Assembly: GCA_031416075.1 (NCBI GenBank)
Contig: JANOSY010000023.1
Span: 1 to 32,464 of the forward strand
Direction: 5' to 3'
DNA length: 32,464 bases
Source of the DNA: Candidatus Tenderia sp.
GTDB lineage: Bacteria > Pseudomonadota > Gammaproteobacteria > Tenderiales > Tenderiaceae
The notes below the pieces were generated by a model, which was given only the letters and a program-made list of their open reading frames with translations, did no database searches and was not told the DNA's origin. Below, one piece after another: positions 32,259 through 32,464 of this stretch. How positions within the stretch are numbered: position 1 is the first letter of the stretch; every line of letters starts with the position of its first letter. The translations under genes were made by a program, and so were the position numbers.

Positions 32259-32464
32259 CAGGGCAATCGCGCTACATAGCCCCTGAGCCAAATAAGGCCC
32301 GAAAGCGATAGTCATCGTTGAGCAGGGCCACCAATTTACGGCGGCGCAGGCTGCGCTTGCTGTCTTCGGCCTGGCGTAGCAAATTAAGGGCAGTGCGTCG
32401 AATCAACGCCAGGTTTTCCGGCGAATGGTCTTTGCGACTGCGATTGGCATCTTCGCCAAATTGC
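32259..32464 (-). mobile_element. ISAs1-family insertion sequence, transposase-3' end (continues past window)
   Basis: Terminal CAGGGCAATCGC at 32259 immediately after the transposase stop, as typical for the family. Confidence 0.88.
32272..32463 (-). CDS. ISAs1-family DDE transposase, C-terminal 63 aa (partial; absent from ORF track)
   Basis: QFGEDANRSRKDHSPENLALIRRTALNLLRQAEDSKRSLRRRKLVALLNDDYRFRALFGSGAM*; F.ED..R.R....ENLA..RR.ALNLLR is typical of ISAs1. Confidence 0.9.
   Translation of the reverse strand, partial: QFGEDANRSRKDHSPENLALIRRTALNLLRQAEDSKRSLRRRKLVALLNDDYRFRALFGSGAM

Overview
Gammaproteobacterial chromosome segment, mostly + strand. It opens with the 3' end of a type I restriction-modification locus (partial hsdR plus a translationally coupled M48/YgjP-like gene). 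Next come pyrC-rnt on the minus strand, a secreted DUF1566/Lcl protein and the core cluster truA-trpF-trpB-trpA-accD-folC-dedD-cvpA-purF. The truA-trpF gap holds an unannotated 56-aa Cys-motif (DUF3330-like) gene and a candidate FNR-box sRNA. After purF lies an accessory block: a frameshifted BacNav-type channel with an altered filter (TLERW), a Cus-type Cu/Ag RND operon and a Czc-type RND operon back to back, a yqjD/E/K-like trio (the middle gene apparently starts with CTG), an FAD-dependent malate:quinone oxidoreductase-like gene, and a LuxR-family gene cut by an ISAs1-family IS at the right edge. The most striking signal is that both RND operons lack adjacent two-component regulators and each begins with a small, apparently leaderless gene of matching design: signal peptide, Cys/His motif, exactly 39 residues to a C-terminal R-P motif, C-rich 3' mRNA and a downstream hairpin. 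This suggests paired metal-sensing ribosome-arrest attenuators (inference by analogy to DUF2946/CruR). All family calls come from motif recognition; no searches were run.
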